Part shown: positions 42,012 to 50,571 of the stretch, piece by piece
How positions within the stretch are numbered: position 1 is the stretch's first letter
Layout: each line of letters opens with the position of its first letter
Source of the DNA: Syntrophaceae bacterium
Lineage (GTDB): Bacteria; Desulfobacterota; SM23-61
Direction of reading: 5' to 3'
NCBI GenBank assembly: GCA_013388675.1
Contig: JACAEW010000169.1
Location: 115-64,114, forward strand
DNA length: 64,000 nt
Notes under the pieces: generated by a model
Database searches by the model: none
What the model saw: the letters and a program-made list of their open reading frames with translations, nothing else
What the model was told of the DNA's origin: nothing
Program-made: the position numbers and the translations under genes

Positions 42012-43268
42012 ATGCTCTATGACGCCTTTTTGACCGAAGAAGAAAGAGGCCTGCGGGACGAAGTTCGCAACTTTGTCCGCGACGAGGTACCGGCAGACCT
42101 CCTGCGCGCCATGGACCGCGACGAAACCAAATTCCCCTACGAGTTCATCGAGAAGCTGGCCCGCCAGGGGCTGCGGGGGCTGAGGTTTCCGAAAAAGTAC
42201 GGGGGCAGGGACCTTCCCTGGACCGCCGAGGTGGTGGCCGAAGAGGAAATCGGCGTCCTGGGAATGGCTTTGGGATGCGCCTTCGTGATGACCTCCATCG
42301 TAGGGGAGGCGCTGAATGTCTTCGGGACCGAAGATCAGAAGGAACGTTACCTTCGGCCGATGATCACCGGGACCAAGATCCCCGAGGAAGGCTTGACCGA
42401 GCCCCGGGGCGGGTCCGATTTTTTCGGGGCCACCACCACCGCCGTCCGGGATGGTGACAGCTTTATTCTGAACGGGCAGAAACGATTCGTAGTGGGAGCC
42501 GAAGCCGCCGATTATTTCGCCGTTTACTGCAACACCGACCCCAAGGCTCCTCCCCACCAGCGAATATCCATGTTCATCGTTGAAAAGGGTCCTGGGGTCG
42601 AGGTGGAACATGTTTATGGCCTGCTGGGATGCCGGGGTACCGGCGTAGGGAGACTCGTTTTCCGAAACTGCCGGGTTCCCAAAGATAATCTCATAGGCCA
42701 GCTGGGCTATGGTGGCTTGATCTTTGACCGGATGATGATCCCGGAGCGACTGACTTCGGCCGCGGCCTCCATCGGCGGGGGGCGCGCTGCCCTGGAGATC
42801 GCTATCCGGTACAGCGACCGGCGGGTGGCCTTCGGGCAAAAAATCCGAAAGTTCCAGGCGGTCAGCTTCATGATCGCCGACGCCATGACCCGTCTCGACG
42901 CCGCCCGGGGATTGACCTACGGGGCGGCCAAAACGGTGGACCGGGGAATGCCCCACCGGAGGTTGGTGAGCGAAGCCAAAAAATTCGCCACCGAAGCGAC
43001 CTGGTCGATCGTCAACATGGCCATGCAGGTTTTGGGAGGGATCGGCTATACCAACGTCTATCCCCTGGAAAGGTATTTGCGCGACTCGCGCCTGGGGATC
43101 ATCTGGACCGGAACCAGCCAGATCATGGACGCCCTCATCCAGCACGAAACCTTTGCCGAATGTCTTGGAGACCTGAGCGATCGGAGAAACGTCGAATTCG
43201 ATGCCATGGGCATGGACGCCGGGAAGGAAAAAGTCTATACCGACGAGGATATGTGGAGGAACTTTTGA
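42012..43268 (+). CDS. Acyl-CoA dehydrogenase family protein
   Basis: LTEPRGGSD, GQKRFV, and C-terminal LGGIGYTNVYPLERYLRDSR. Start ATG 42012 follows AGGAGG. Confidence 0.85.
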   Translation: MLYDAFLTEEERGLRDEVRNFVRDEVPADLLRAMDRDETKFPYEFIEKLARQGLRGLRFPKKYGGRDLPWTAEVVAEEEIGVLGMALGCAFVMTSIVGEALNVFGTEDQKERYLRPMITGTKIPEEGLTEPRGGSDFFGATTTAVRDGDSFILNGQKRFVVGAEAADYFAVYCNTDPKAPPHQRISMFIVEKGPGVEVEHVYGLLGCRGTGVGRLVFRNCRVPKDNLIGQLGYGGLIFDRMMIPERLTSAAASIGGGRAALEIAIRYSDRRVAFGQKIRKFQAVSFMIADAMTRLDAARGLTYGAAKTVDRGMPHRRLVSEAKKFATEATWSIVNMAMQVLGGIGYTNVYPLERYLRDSRLGIIWTGTSQIMDALIQHETFAECLGDLSDRRNVEFDAMGMDAGKEKVYTDEDMWRNF

Positions 43269-43365
43269 ATTCGGAATGCGGAATGCTGAATGCGGAATAA
43301 ATACCCGGACAGGAAGCGAAATCCTTTGTTTCTCTCATTCCGCATTCCCATTCCGAATTGCGCAT
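43267..43365. repeat. Inverted pair of heptamer tracts (GAATGCG / CGCATTC) forming a long hairpin
   Basis: Left arm: gaattcg gaatgcg gaatgct gaatgcg (43267-43294). Right arm: cattccg cattccc attccga att (43336-43362). The left arm overlaps the ACAD stop codon. Confidence 0.65.
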
Positions 43366-43372
43366 TTATAAA

Positions 43373-43567
43373 ATGGCTTACCAAATCACCGTAAAATGCA
43401 CCCACTGCGGGGAATGCCTTTCGGTCTGTCCCCTCGACGCCATCTCCGACGAGGAAGTCCGGCCCCGCATCGACCCAAACCTCTGCACTGATTGCGGCAC
43501 CTGTGCGGACATTTGTCCCGCGCGGGCCATCGAGGGCACTTCGGCACCCTGGCCACATCAGGCTTGA
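43373..43567 (+). CDS. 2x[4Fe-4S] ferredoxin
   Basis: CTHCGECLSVCP and CTDCGTCADICP motifs. 64 aa. Confidence 0.7.
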   Translation: MAYQITVKCTHCGECLSVCPLDAISDEEVRPRIDPNLCTDCGTCADICPARAIEGTSAPWPHQA

Positions 43568-43591
43568 CAATCTTTTCAGTCCTGCTATCAT
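43564..43591 (+). promoter_or_regulatory. Sigma70-like promoter upstream of moaD-like/aor
   Basis: TTGACA (43564-43569), 16-nt spacer, TATCAT (43586-43591). This would give a leader of about 160 nt before ATG 43761. Confidence 0.4.
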
Positions 43592-43760
43592 GGGTTTGAA
43601 TTTTTCCCGCACACGTCTTTGAATCCCTTCCTTTTTTGCCTCCCGGAGGGGATACCGAACGGGTTCTCCAAAAAGGATGCGATGCACGGCCTGGGGAGAT
43701 TCGAGTTGACCTTCTTCAGGTCTTTCATCGCCCGACCTAAAACATGGGCAAGGCCCGAAT

Positions 43761-44000
43761 ATGAAAATCGAATTGCGCCTCTATGCATCCCTGGGCCGAT
43801 ATTTGCCGGAAGAAAAAGATGGGAACTCGTGCGTCGTAGAAGTGGAACCTGGAACTACAATCCGTGACCTTTTCCTCAGGTTTCAAATTCCAGCGGAGGC
43901 GCGCAAGATCATTTTTTTGAACGGGATCCATGCTCAAGGGGATGAGGTTTTGAAGAACGGAGACCGGGTGGGAGCTTTTCCCCCGGTGGCCGGTGGCTAA
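43761..44000 (+). CDS. MoaD/ThiS-family ubiquitin-like sulfur-carrier protein
   Basis: 79 aa ending in VAGG, with a beta-grasp pattern (NGDRVGAFPPVAGG). Confidence 0.75.
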   Translation: MKIELRLYASLGRYLPEEKDGNSCVVEVEPGTTIRDLFLRFQIPAEARKIIFLNGIHAQGDEVLKNGDRVGAFPPVAGG

Positions 44001-44046
44001 AAATACACCTGCAGGGCAGTGATACATCCAGAAAGGAGGATCGGTC

Positions 44047-45780
44047 ATGAAGATTTTGAGAATCAACATGGGAGCAGCCGGCGGCCCCAAGGTCAGCGAG
44101 GAACCGATGGGCCAGTACGATGGTCTGGGGGGACGGGCTTTGACCTCCACGATTGTGGCCAAAGAGGTTCCTCCTCTCTGTCATCCTCTGGGGGAAGACA
44201 ACAAGCTGGTCATCGCCCCGGGGTTGCTAAGCGGGACTCCAGCGGCCATTTCCGGGCGGGTCTCGGTGGGATGCAAAAGCCCCCTTACCGGGGGAATCAA
44301 GGAGGCCAACTCTGGAGGGCAGCCGTCCCAGGTCTTGGCCATGCTGGGCTATGGGGCTATCGTCCTGGAGGGAAAGCCCAAGGACAACACGCTTTACAAA
44401 GTTTTTATTTCCAAGGATGGGGTCAAAGTGTCCCCGGACAACAGCCTCCGCATGCTGGGTAACTATGACCTCGTGGAGAAGATGAAGAAAGAGTATGGAG
44501 ATAAAATTGCCTGCATTTCCGTCGGCCAGGCCGGAGAGATGAAGATGAGCGCCGCGTCCGTCGCCTTCACCGACATGGAACTGCGGCCCACCCGCCATGC
44601 CGGCCGGGGAGGGGTCGGGGCGGTCATGGGGGCCAAGGGAGTCAAAGTCATCGTGGTCAGCGATGCCGGGGCGGAAAGACGCACCCCCAAGAACCCGGAG
44701 AAATTCCGCGAAGCCAATAAAAAATTCACCGAGGGCCTCAAAAAACACCCGGTAACCGGGGAAGGACTTCCGGCCTACGGGACCAACGTTCTCACCAACG
44801 TGATCAACGAAGCCGGCGCCTATCCCACGAAGAACTTCATGTGGGGACGCTTCGATACCTGCCAAAAGATCAGCGGGGAAACCCAGGCCCAGACCGAGAC
44901 TGCCCGCGGCGGGTTGGCCACCCACGGTTGCCACCGCGGGTGCGTGATTCAGTGTTCAGGCATCTTTGTCGATAAAGATGGGCATTACGTCACCAAACAG
45001 CCCGAGTATGAAACCGTATGGGCCCTGGGCGGAAACTGCTGCATCGATGACCTGGACGTGATTGCCCAGCTCGACCGGCTCTGCGACGATATCGGCCTGG
45101 ATACCATCGAAATGGGGGCCACGATCGGCGTAGCCATGGAAGCCGGCCTGGCCAAGTTCGGCGACGGGCAGGCGTCCATCAACCTTTTGAAAGAGGTCGG
45201 CAAAGGCACCCCCATCGGCCGCATCCTCGGAAACGGGGCGGCGGTCACCGGAAAAGTCCTGGGAGTGGAAAGGGTCCCGGTCGTGAAGGGGCAGGCTCTT
45301 CCCGCCTACGATCCCCGGGGTATCCAGGGGATTGGAGTGACGTATGCCACCAGCACCCAGGGTGCCGACCATACCGCCGGATACGCTGTAGCGACCAACA
45401 TTATGAAGGTCGGAGGATACGTGGACCCGCTGAAGCCGGAAGGCCAGGTGGAGCTCTCGCGGAACCTCCAGATCGCCACGGCGGCCATCGATTCCACCGG
45501 TATGTGTCTCTTCATCGCCTTCGCGGTCATGGATCAGCCGGAAACCTTCCAGGCCCTGATCGACCTTCTGAATGGCTTCTATGGTTGGAACTTGACCGCC
45601 GACGACGTCACCGCCTTGGGGAAGAAAATCCTCAAGACGGAAAGAGAATTCAACCTTCAGGCCGGTTTGACCGCCAAGCAGGACCGGCTGCCCGACTTTT
45701 TCAAGAAAGAAGCCTTATCCCCCCATAACTTAACCTTCAAGGTTAGGGACGAAGAGCTGGACCAGGTCTTTAACTGGTAA
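44047..45780 (+). CDS. aor: Aldehyde:ferredoxin oxidoreductase (tungstopterin AOR family)
   Basis: N-terminal AOR domain (GGRALTS, KSPLTGGIKEANSGG). [4Fe-4S] ligand region HGCHRGCVIQC. C-terminal AOR domains 2/3. Confidence 0.9.
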   Translation: MKILRINMGAAGGPKVSEEPMGQYDGLGGRALTSTIVAKEVPPLCHPLGEDNKLVIAPGLLSGTPAAISGRVSVGCKSPLTGGIKEANSGGQPSQVLAMLGYGAIVLEGKPKDNTLYKVFISKDGVKVSPDNSLRMLGNYDLVEKMKKEYGDKIACISVGQAGEMKMSAASVAFTDMELRPTRHAGRGGVGAVMGAKGVKVIVVSDAGAERRTPKNPEKFREANKKFTEGLKKHPVTGEGLPAYGTNVLTNVINEAGAYPTKNFMWGRFDTCQKISGETQAQTETARGGLATHGCHRGCVIQCSGIFVDKDGHYVTKQPEYETVWALGGNCCIDDLDVIAQLDRLCDDIGLDTIEMGATIGVAMEAGLAKFGDGQASINLLKEVGKGTPIGRILGNGAAVTGKVLGVERVPVVKGQALPAYDPRGIQGIGVTYATSTQGADHTAGYAVATNIMKVGGYVDPLKPEGQVELSRNLQIATAAIDSTGMCLFIAFAVMDQPETFQALIDLLNGFYGWNLTADDVTALGKKILKTEREFNLQAGLTAKQDRLPDFFKKEALSPHNLTFKVRDEELDQVFNW

Positions 45781-45792
45781 GCGTAACGGTTC

Positions 45793-45820
45793 GTAGGGGC
45801 GATTCGCAAATCGCCCCTAC
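45793..45820. repeat. REP-like GC palindrome
   Basis: gtaggggcgattcgcaaatcgcccctac, 13 nt after the aor stop. Confidence 0.7.
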
Positions 45821-45847
45821 CCCCTAAACCTGATCTTCCAAAGCCTC

Positions 45848-46465
45848 ATGGAACACCGTCCCCCATCTTTTATCTCCGTTGAATTTCATCTATCACCGGA
45901 CCAAATCCAGGCCTTTTTTCCACTGTTGCAAAAAGGGTTCAGGGTGGAAGCCCGGATCGGGGTAAGCGTCAAGGACTTCCTCTCGGAACATATCGGGTTG
46001 AGCCCCGAATACGTCCGGGATCGGGTGAAAACAATCTTTTTGGATGGAAAATCCATCGACGACCTCGATGGAACTAGGATCCACGATGGTTCGATGCTGG
46101 CCCTCTCCGCCGCTATGCCGGGACTAGCCGGAGCGGTACTCCGCAGGGGGAGTTTCTTTGCCGGGTTGAGGAGCCGGGTGGAGGAACGAAACCAAAGGCC
46201 GTCAGGCGAGCGGGAAGAGGGATTCATCCATCTCAAGCTTTTTAATCTTCTCCTCCCCGAGATCGGCCCGCTTCTTTTGCAGGAGGGGATTTTGATTTCC
46301 AAGGATGAATTTCGGGAATTCTGGGCCCATTTCTCAGAAGAAAGCAGGCCGGGTTGGGAAAACGCCCGAGTGAAAGGGAAAGAATGCGAGATTCAATCTT
46401 TGGCCCCCCTCCTCCGGGAGGACCCTTCCCCCTGGATACGGCTGAAGGTCCAGGAAAAAGCATAA
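45848..46465 (+). CDS. Hypothetical protein (possible beta-grasp-like segment)
   Basis: ORF only. IFLDGKSIDDLDGTRIHDGSMLALSAAMPG is reminiscent of MoaD/ThiS-type strands but lacks the GG end. Confidence 0.45.
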   Translation: MEHRPPSFISVEFHLSPDQIQAFFPLLQKGFRVEARIGVSVKDFLSEHIGLSPEYVRDRVKTIFLDGKSIDDLDGTRIHDGSMLALSAAMPGLAGAVLRRGSFFAGLRSRVEERNQRPSGEREEGFIHLKLFNLLLPEIGPLLLQEGILISKDEFREFWAHFSEESRPGWENARVKGKECEIQSLAPLLREDPSPWIRLKVQEKA

Positions 46466-47232
46466 GGTCAAGGAATCGCGACAGCCTTGGACATAAGAAA
46501 AACCCTCTTTTTCTCTTGATCCTACTCCTTTTTTCCCTCCCTCTCCTTTTCGCCGCCCGGCCCCTTATCACGGAAGGAGTGGATATCGTCGAAAAGGGGA
46601 CCTTCGAGGTGGAAGTCGGTTTTGACTATTTTCGGGAAGCCAATCGGGATAGATACTACATCCCCTTAATCCTGTTGAAATACGGCCCCATCGATAAATT
46701 GGAGGTGGGGGGTAGCATTGGATACCTTTGGAACGACCTTCGTGATGGAGAACGCCAGGATGGGTGGACGGATTTTTTCCCCTATCTAAAATACCGGTTA
46801 TGGGACGAAGGCGATTCCCATCCGGCCTTAGCCATCAAGGCCCTGGCAAAATTGCCCACCCAGACTTGGCGGGACCCCACTGAATCGCGTCGGACGGACT
46901 ATGCGCTGGGGACCATTTTCGATAAGTCTTTCGGCAAGGCTATCCTTTATTTGGACCTTTTTTATTTTTTTATCGGGGACCCGGGGAAAACCGACGTTCT
47001 CAGCGGCGGCATAGCGGGGGAATATGAATTCCTGAAGGGATGGGGTGCGGTGGGCGAAATTCGATATTTTAGGAACTTCAACACGGACCGCGGGGACGAC
47101 CCCCTGTTCCTCAATTTCGGCCTGAAAAAGGATGTGGGTTGGGCGGTTCTCGACGCGGCCATGAATGTCGGCCTGAACAGCGCCGCCCCGGACTACGGAT
47201 TCACCATCGGGGCTACTATTCCGTTCAAGTAG
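46354..47232 (+). CDS. Outer-membrane beta-barrel protein (MetA-pathway/phenol-degradation-like transporter family); start uncertain
   Basis: Signal-peptide-like HKKNPLFLLILLLFSLPLLFA-ARP, then alternating beta-strand pattern, with a C-terminal aromatic residue (ATIPFK). The only ATG/GTG/TTG upstream of the signal peptide forces a 112-nt overlap with the previous ORF. Confidence 0.55.
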   Translation: MGKRPSERERMRDSIFGPPPPGGPFPLDTAEGPGKSIRSRNRDSLGHKKNPLFLLILLLFSLPLLFAARPLITEGVDIVEKGTFEVEVGFDYFREANRDRYYIPLILLKYGPIDKLEVGGSIGYLWNDLRDGERQDGWTDFFPYLKYRLWDEGDSHPALAIKALAKLPTQTWRDPTESRRTDYALGTIFDKSFGKAILYLDLFYFFIGDPGKTDVLSGGIAGEYEFLKGWGAVGEIRYFRNFNTDRGDDPLFLNFGLKKDVGWAVLDAAMNVGLNSAAPDYGFTIGATIPFK

Positions 47233-47355
47233 GGGCGATCCCCCGGGCCGCATGAGCGTCGCGCCTATGGCCCGCCGAATCATGAGGAGGCCCGATGACC
47301 GAAGGGAAATGGATTTCCTACCAAGACCAAACAGGAACCGAAAAGGAGGCTTGCT

Positions 47356-48996
47356 TTGAAAAGCACGACCCTAGCCGGCGAAATCTTGAAACAGGAAGGA
47401 ACGGAGTGTCTCTTCTGCTTTCCAGTCAATCCTTTGATCGATGCCGCCGCAGAGGCTGGAATCCGGCCGATCATGCCCTGCACGGAGCGAACCGTGATCG
47501 GTATGGCCGACGGTTACACCCGGGTGAATAACGGAAGACGGATCGGTGTCTGCGCGGTTCAGATGGGCCCGGGAATCGAAAACACCTTCGGCGGAATCGC
47601 TCAGGCTTTTTCCGATTCCACCCCCATCCTTTGCCTCCCGGGAGGGCCGCCGCAGAATCGTTCCTCCGTGCCCCCCAATTTCGACCCGGTTTTGAATTAT
47701 CGGCACGTGATCAAATGGGTGGACAGGATCAATAAAGCGGACCGAATCCCGGAGTTTTTCCGTCGGGCCTTTACCTACTTAAGGACCGGCCGGCCAGGAC
47801 CGGTGATGCTCGAATTCCCGATGGATGTGGCCGGGGTCCAGGTTGATGACTCGGTTTTTTCCTACAAACCGGTAAAGGGGGGTAAGGCTATGGCAGACCC
47901 CGAATCCGTGGCGGCCTCCGTGAAAGCGATCGTCGCCGCCCAAAAGCCCCTCCTCCATGCGGGAAGCGGTGTCCTCTATGCCGAGGCGTGGGAGGAGCTC
48001 AGGGAGTTTGCTGAGTTGCTCCAAATTCCGGTTATGACCACCCTTCCCGGAAAGAGCTGCTTTCCGGAAAATCATCCCCTCTCCCTGGGTTGCGGCGGAT
48101 TGACTGGACCCCGCCCCGTGGCCCGTTATCTCCTTGAATGCGACTCCATCCTTGGGGTGGGCAGCAGTTTTTCCATTTCTTCCTTCGCCGCCCCCCTTCC
48201 CCGGGGGAAAAAGGCGGTCCAGTTGACAGTGGACGAACGGGACCTGAACAAGGATTACGCAGTCGATTTACTGATGATGGGGGATGCCAAGCTCACCTTA
48301 AGGCGGATGATCGAGGAAGCCAGGCGCCTGTTGGGACCGGAAGGACGACGGGGAGATGACCGTGCCGTAAAAGCCATCAAAGCCATGAAGGACGAATGGA
48401 TGGACGAATGGATGCCAAAACTCACTTCCGAGGAAGTTCCCATCAACCCTTACCGGGTCATTTGGGACCTTCAGCAGGCAGTGAACCCGGAGAATACCAT
48501 CGTTACTCACGATGCCGGAAATCCCCGCGATATGACCGCCCCCTTCTGGAAAGCCCTGGTTCCCAACAGCTATATCGGTTGGGGGAAATCCACTCACCTG
48601 GGATACAGCATTCCCCTGGCCTTGGGGGCCAAGGTTGCCAAGCCGGAAAAAACGGTGATCAATATCATGGGGGACGGAGCCTTCGGCATGAGCGGTATGG
48701 AAATCGCGACCGCGGCCCGCAATCGGATCGGGATTTTGACAGTCATTTTGAATAACTCCTGCCTGGGCGGGTACGACAAACACATTCCCGTTGCCAGCCG
48801 GCTTTATCGGACAAGGTTCATCTCGGGGGACTACCGCAAGGTTGCCGAGGGGTTGGGAGCTTATGCCGAAAGGGTGGAGCAGCCCGGAGATATCATCCCC
48901 GCGGTACACAGGGCTCTAACGGTAACCGCGGAGGGGCGCCCGGCTCTGCTCGAATTCATCACCAAGGAGGAGCTGCAGCTATCAAGATATTGGTGA
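47356..48996 (+). CDS. Thiamine-diphosphate-dependent enzyme (acetolactate synthase large subunit-like)
   Basis: TPP motif IMGDGAFGMSGMEIATAARNRIGILTVILNN. N-terminal PYR domain. TTG start 6 nt after AAGGAGG. Confidence 0.8.
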   Translation: MKSTTLAGEILKQEGTECLFCFPVNPLIDAAAEAGIRPIMPCTERTVIGMADGYTRVNNGRRIGVCAVQMGPGIENTFGGIAQAFSDSTPILCLPGGPPQNRSSVPPNFDPVLNYRHVIKWVDRINKADRIPEFFRRAFTYLRTGRPGPVMLEFPMDVAGVQVDDSVFSYKPVKGGKAMADPESVAASVKAIVAAQKPLLHAGSGVLYAEAWEELREFAELLQIPVMTTLPGKSCFPENHPLSLGCGGLTGPRPVARYLLECDSILGVGSSFSISSFAAPLPRGKKAVQLTVDERDLNKDYAVDLLMMGDAKLTLRRMIEEARRLLGPEGRRGDDRAVKAIKAMKDEWMDEWMPKLTSEEVPINPYRVIWDLQQAVNPENTIVTHDAGNPRDMTAPFWKALVPNSYIGWGKSTHLGYSIPLALGAKVAKPEKTVINIMGDGAFGMSGMEIATAARNRIGILTVILNNSCLGGYDKHIPVASRLYRTRFISGDYRKVAEGLGAYAERVEQPGDIIPAVHRALTVTAEGRPALLEFITKEELQLSRYW

Positions 48997-49375
48997 ATTT
49001 TGCCGGGAAATTCATTTCCTTCGCGCGGCAAACCGGCGGATTCGGGACCCAGAACAGCTTAAAACGAATGGGTTCCACCTTATCGCAAAACCTGTGAAAT
49101 CGAGATAAGAGGGTTTTTTTATACACCCCCTACTATCATGCCCCTGAATCCCCATTCTATTTTCCCACGCCCAAACCCGGCTTTGATGTAAAAGCACCAT
49201 CCCGTAAATAAAATTTACAACTTCCCGATCGAAAAATTTAATAATTAATTTGGGCAGTTGCGAAAATTCAATCAAATGTTTGTAGGGATTTTTTACATCT
49301 TTCATTATTCTTTTTCAGGCCCCTAATCGGAATGAAGTCCTTTGATATCGAAAAGTTAATTTAAATTTGGGGTTT

Positions 49376-49391
49376 TGGTACAGGTTTTGCT
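49376..49391 (+). promoter_or_regulatory. Sigma54 (-24/-12) promoter upstream of the pilin-like gene
   Basis: TGGTAC-aggtt-TTGCT: GG and GC are separated by exactly 10 nt, close to the consensus TGGCAC-N5-TTGCW. Lies in an AT-rich leader about 160 nt upstream of ATG 49554. Confidence 0.55.
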
Positions 49392-49553
49392 CATTTAAGC
49401 AAAAGATTATTTGAAAATATCGTTCCTCAATATTGAAAATGAGGATCGGCCATTCGCCCAAAGTTCGAAAGAAAAACTCTTTTTTAATCAGTTATTCCGG
49501 GCGGGGATCAACCCATGGTAACCGGAAGACATGATTAAAAGGATACGCCTGGG

Positions 49554-50312
49554 ATGAAGAGAAGACCTCAATCCGCCGGTTTGACTCTGATTGAGATCGT
49601 AACCGTAATAACCACCATTTTTGTTCTGATCGGCATCGCCACCTACATTTACTCTTCTTATACGTCGAAAGTCCATGACGCCACGGCTAAAGGAGACCTC
49701 CGGCAGGCTTACAACGCAGCCATGGCCTTCTTCATCGACAACCCGAGCAAATTCCTCACCGAATCCGGACTCAAGCAATATGGTTTCAAATCCTCTCCGA
49801 ATTCGAGTGTAATCATCATCGATGGAAGCCCTTCCAGTTTGTTCTTGCTTTCGCGCCATAATGCCCTTGGAACCCAGGCTTACGTGCTTTATACCGAAGG
49901 CATAAATTCCCCCGGGGCCTCCGATCAGGTCTGGATCGACCAATGGGTTCCGGGGGGGGCGGCGAACGGTGGCCCGGCCACCGGTTTCCCGCCCTCTTCT
50001 CCTACGCAGGGCCCCGAACCCGCCCAAACGATCAGTTCCCTTCAGGCCAACCTCTTGGAAAAATGCAACATCATGGCCAAAGCGGCCCTGGCGCAAGCGT
50101 ACAGTGCGGCCCAATCCTTTTTCCAGAGTCATCCCGGGGATTTCCTAACCAAAGACCTGCTCATTTCCTACGGTTACACTCCAAACGAAAACGTAAATCT
50201 AACCATCATCGATGGTTCCCCCGATAAGTTCTCCATGTCGGCCGTTTTCAACATCCCGGGCGCCACCAATTTTGGGATCGACAGCTCAGGGAGTATCGTT
50301 CCTCACACCTAA
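49554..50312 (+). CDS. Type IV pilin-like protein with duplicated head domain
   Basis: Class-III signal MKRRPQSAG-LTLIEIV (Gly at -1, Glu at +5). Two homologous modules, AKGDLRQAYNAAMAFFIDNPSKFLTESGLKQYGF...IIIDGSP and AKAALAQAYSAAQSFFQSHPGDFLTKDLLISYGY...TIIDGSP, are joined by a Pro/Gly-rich linker. Confidence 0.6.
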   Translation: MKRRPQSAGLTLIEIVTVITTIFVLIGIATYIYSSYTSKVHDATAKGDLRQAYNAAMAFFIDNPSKFLTESGLKQYGFKSSPNSSVIIIDGSPSSLFLLSRHNALGTQAYVLYTEGINSPGASDQVWIDQWVPGGAANGGPATGFPPSSPTQGPEPAQTISSLQANLLEKCNIMAKAALAQAYSAAQSFFQSHPGDFLTKDLLISYGYTPNENVNLTIIDGSPDKFSMSAVFNIPGATNFGIDSSGSIVPHT

Positions 50313-50501
50313 CCATTTCTGCCCGCAGCGAACTGTCCTTAAGGTCTTACGCCGGATGGCTGATTCATACCAGAGTGCGCGGGGGCAAGGTAAGCGCCTG
50401 GAATGGCGCACCAGGAGGCGGGAAAAAACTCAATTGCCCGACAGTTTCGAAGGTCGAAGCGGGTAGTTGGCAGGAGGATGAATCCGGGGAGGGCCCATAA
50501 A

Positions 50502-50527
50502 AAAGGGGGCTTCTGAGGCCCCCCTTT
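50502..50527. terminator. Bidirectional rho-independent terminator between convergent genes
   Basis: aaaggggg-loop-ccccctttt, with T-runs on both strands. Lies between the pilin-like gene (+) and the Fe-S subunit gene (-). Confidence 0.5.
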
Positions 50528-50546
50528 GCCTTTTGATGGAAAATTT

Positions 50547-50571
50547 GGGGCGATTCGTGAATTGCCCCTAC
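50547..50571. repeat. REP-like GC palindrome
   Basis: ggggcgattcgtgaattgcccctac. Confidence 0.65.

Noticed and set aside
42012-43268. The acyl-CoA dehydrogenase appears to lack the catalytic glutamate (IIWTGTSQIM instead of IYEGTxEIQ).
   Set aside because: A Glu is present at the alternative, isovaleryl-CoA-dehydrogenase/LCAD-type position on helix G (MMIPERLT, aligning with LDLERLV). This is a known arrangement of the catalytic base rather than an anomaly.
49012-49305. 97-aa minus-strand ORF in the AT-rich spacer upstream of the pilin-like gene.
   Set aside because: It lies in a clearly non-coding-looking AT-rich leader, with no SD, no recognisable domain and atypical composition relative to the real genes here.
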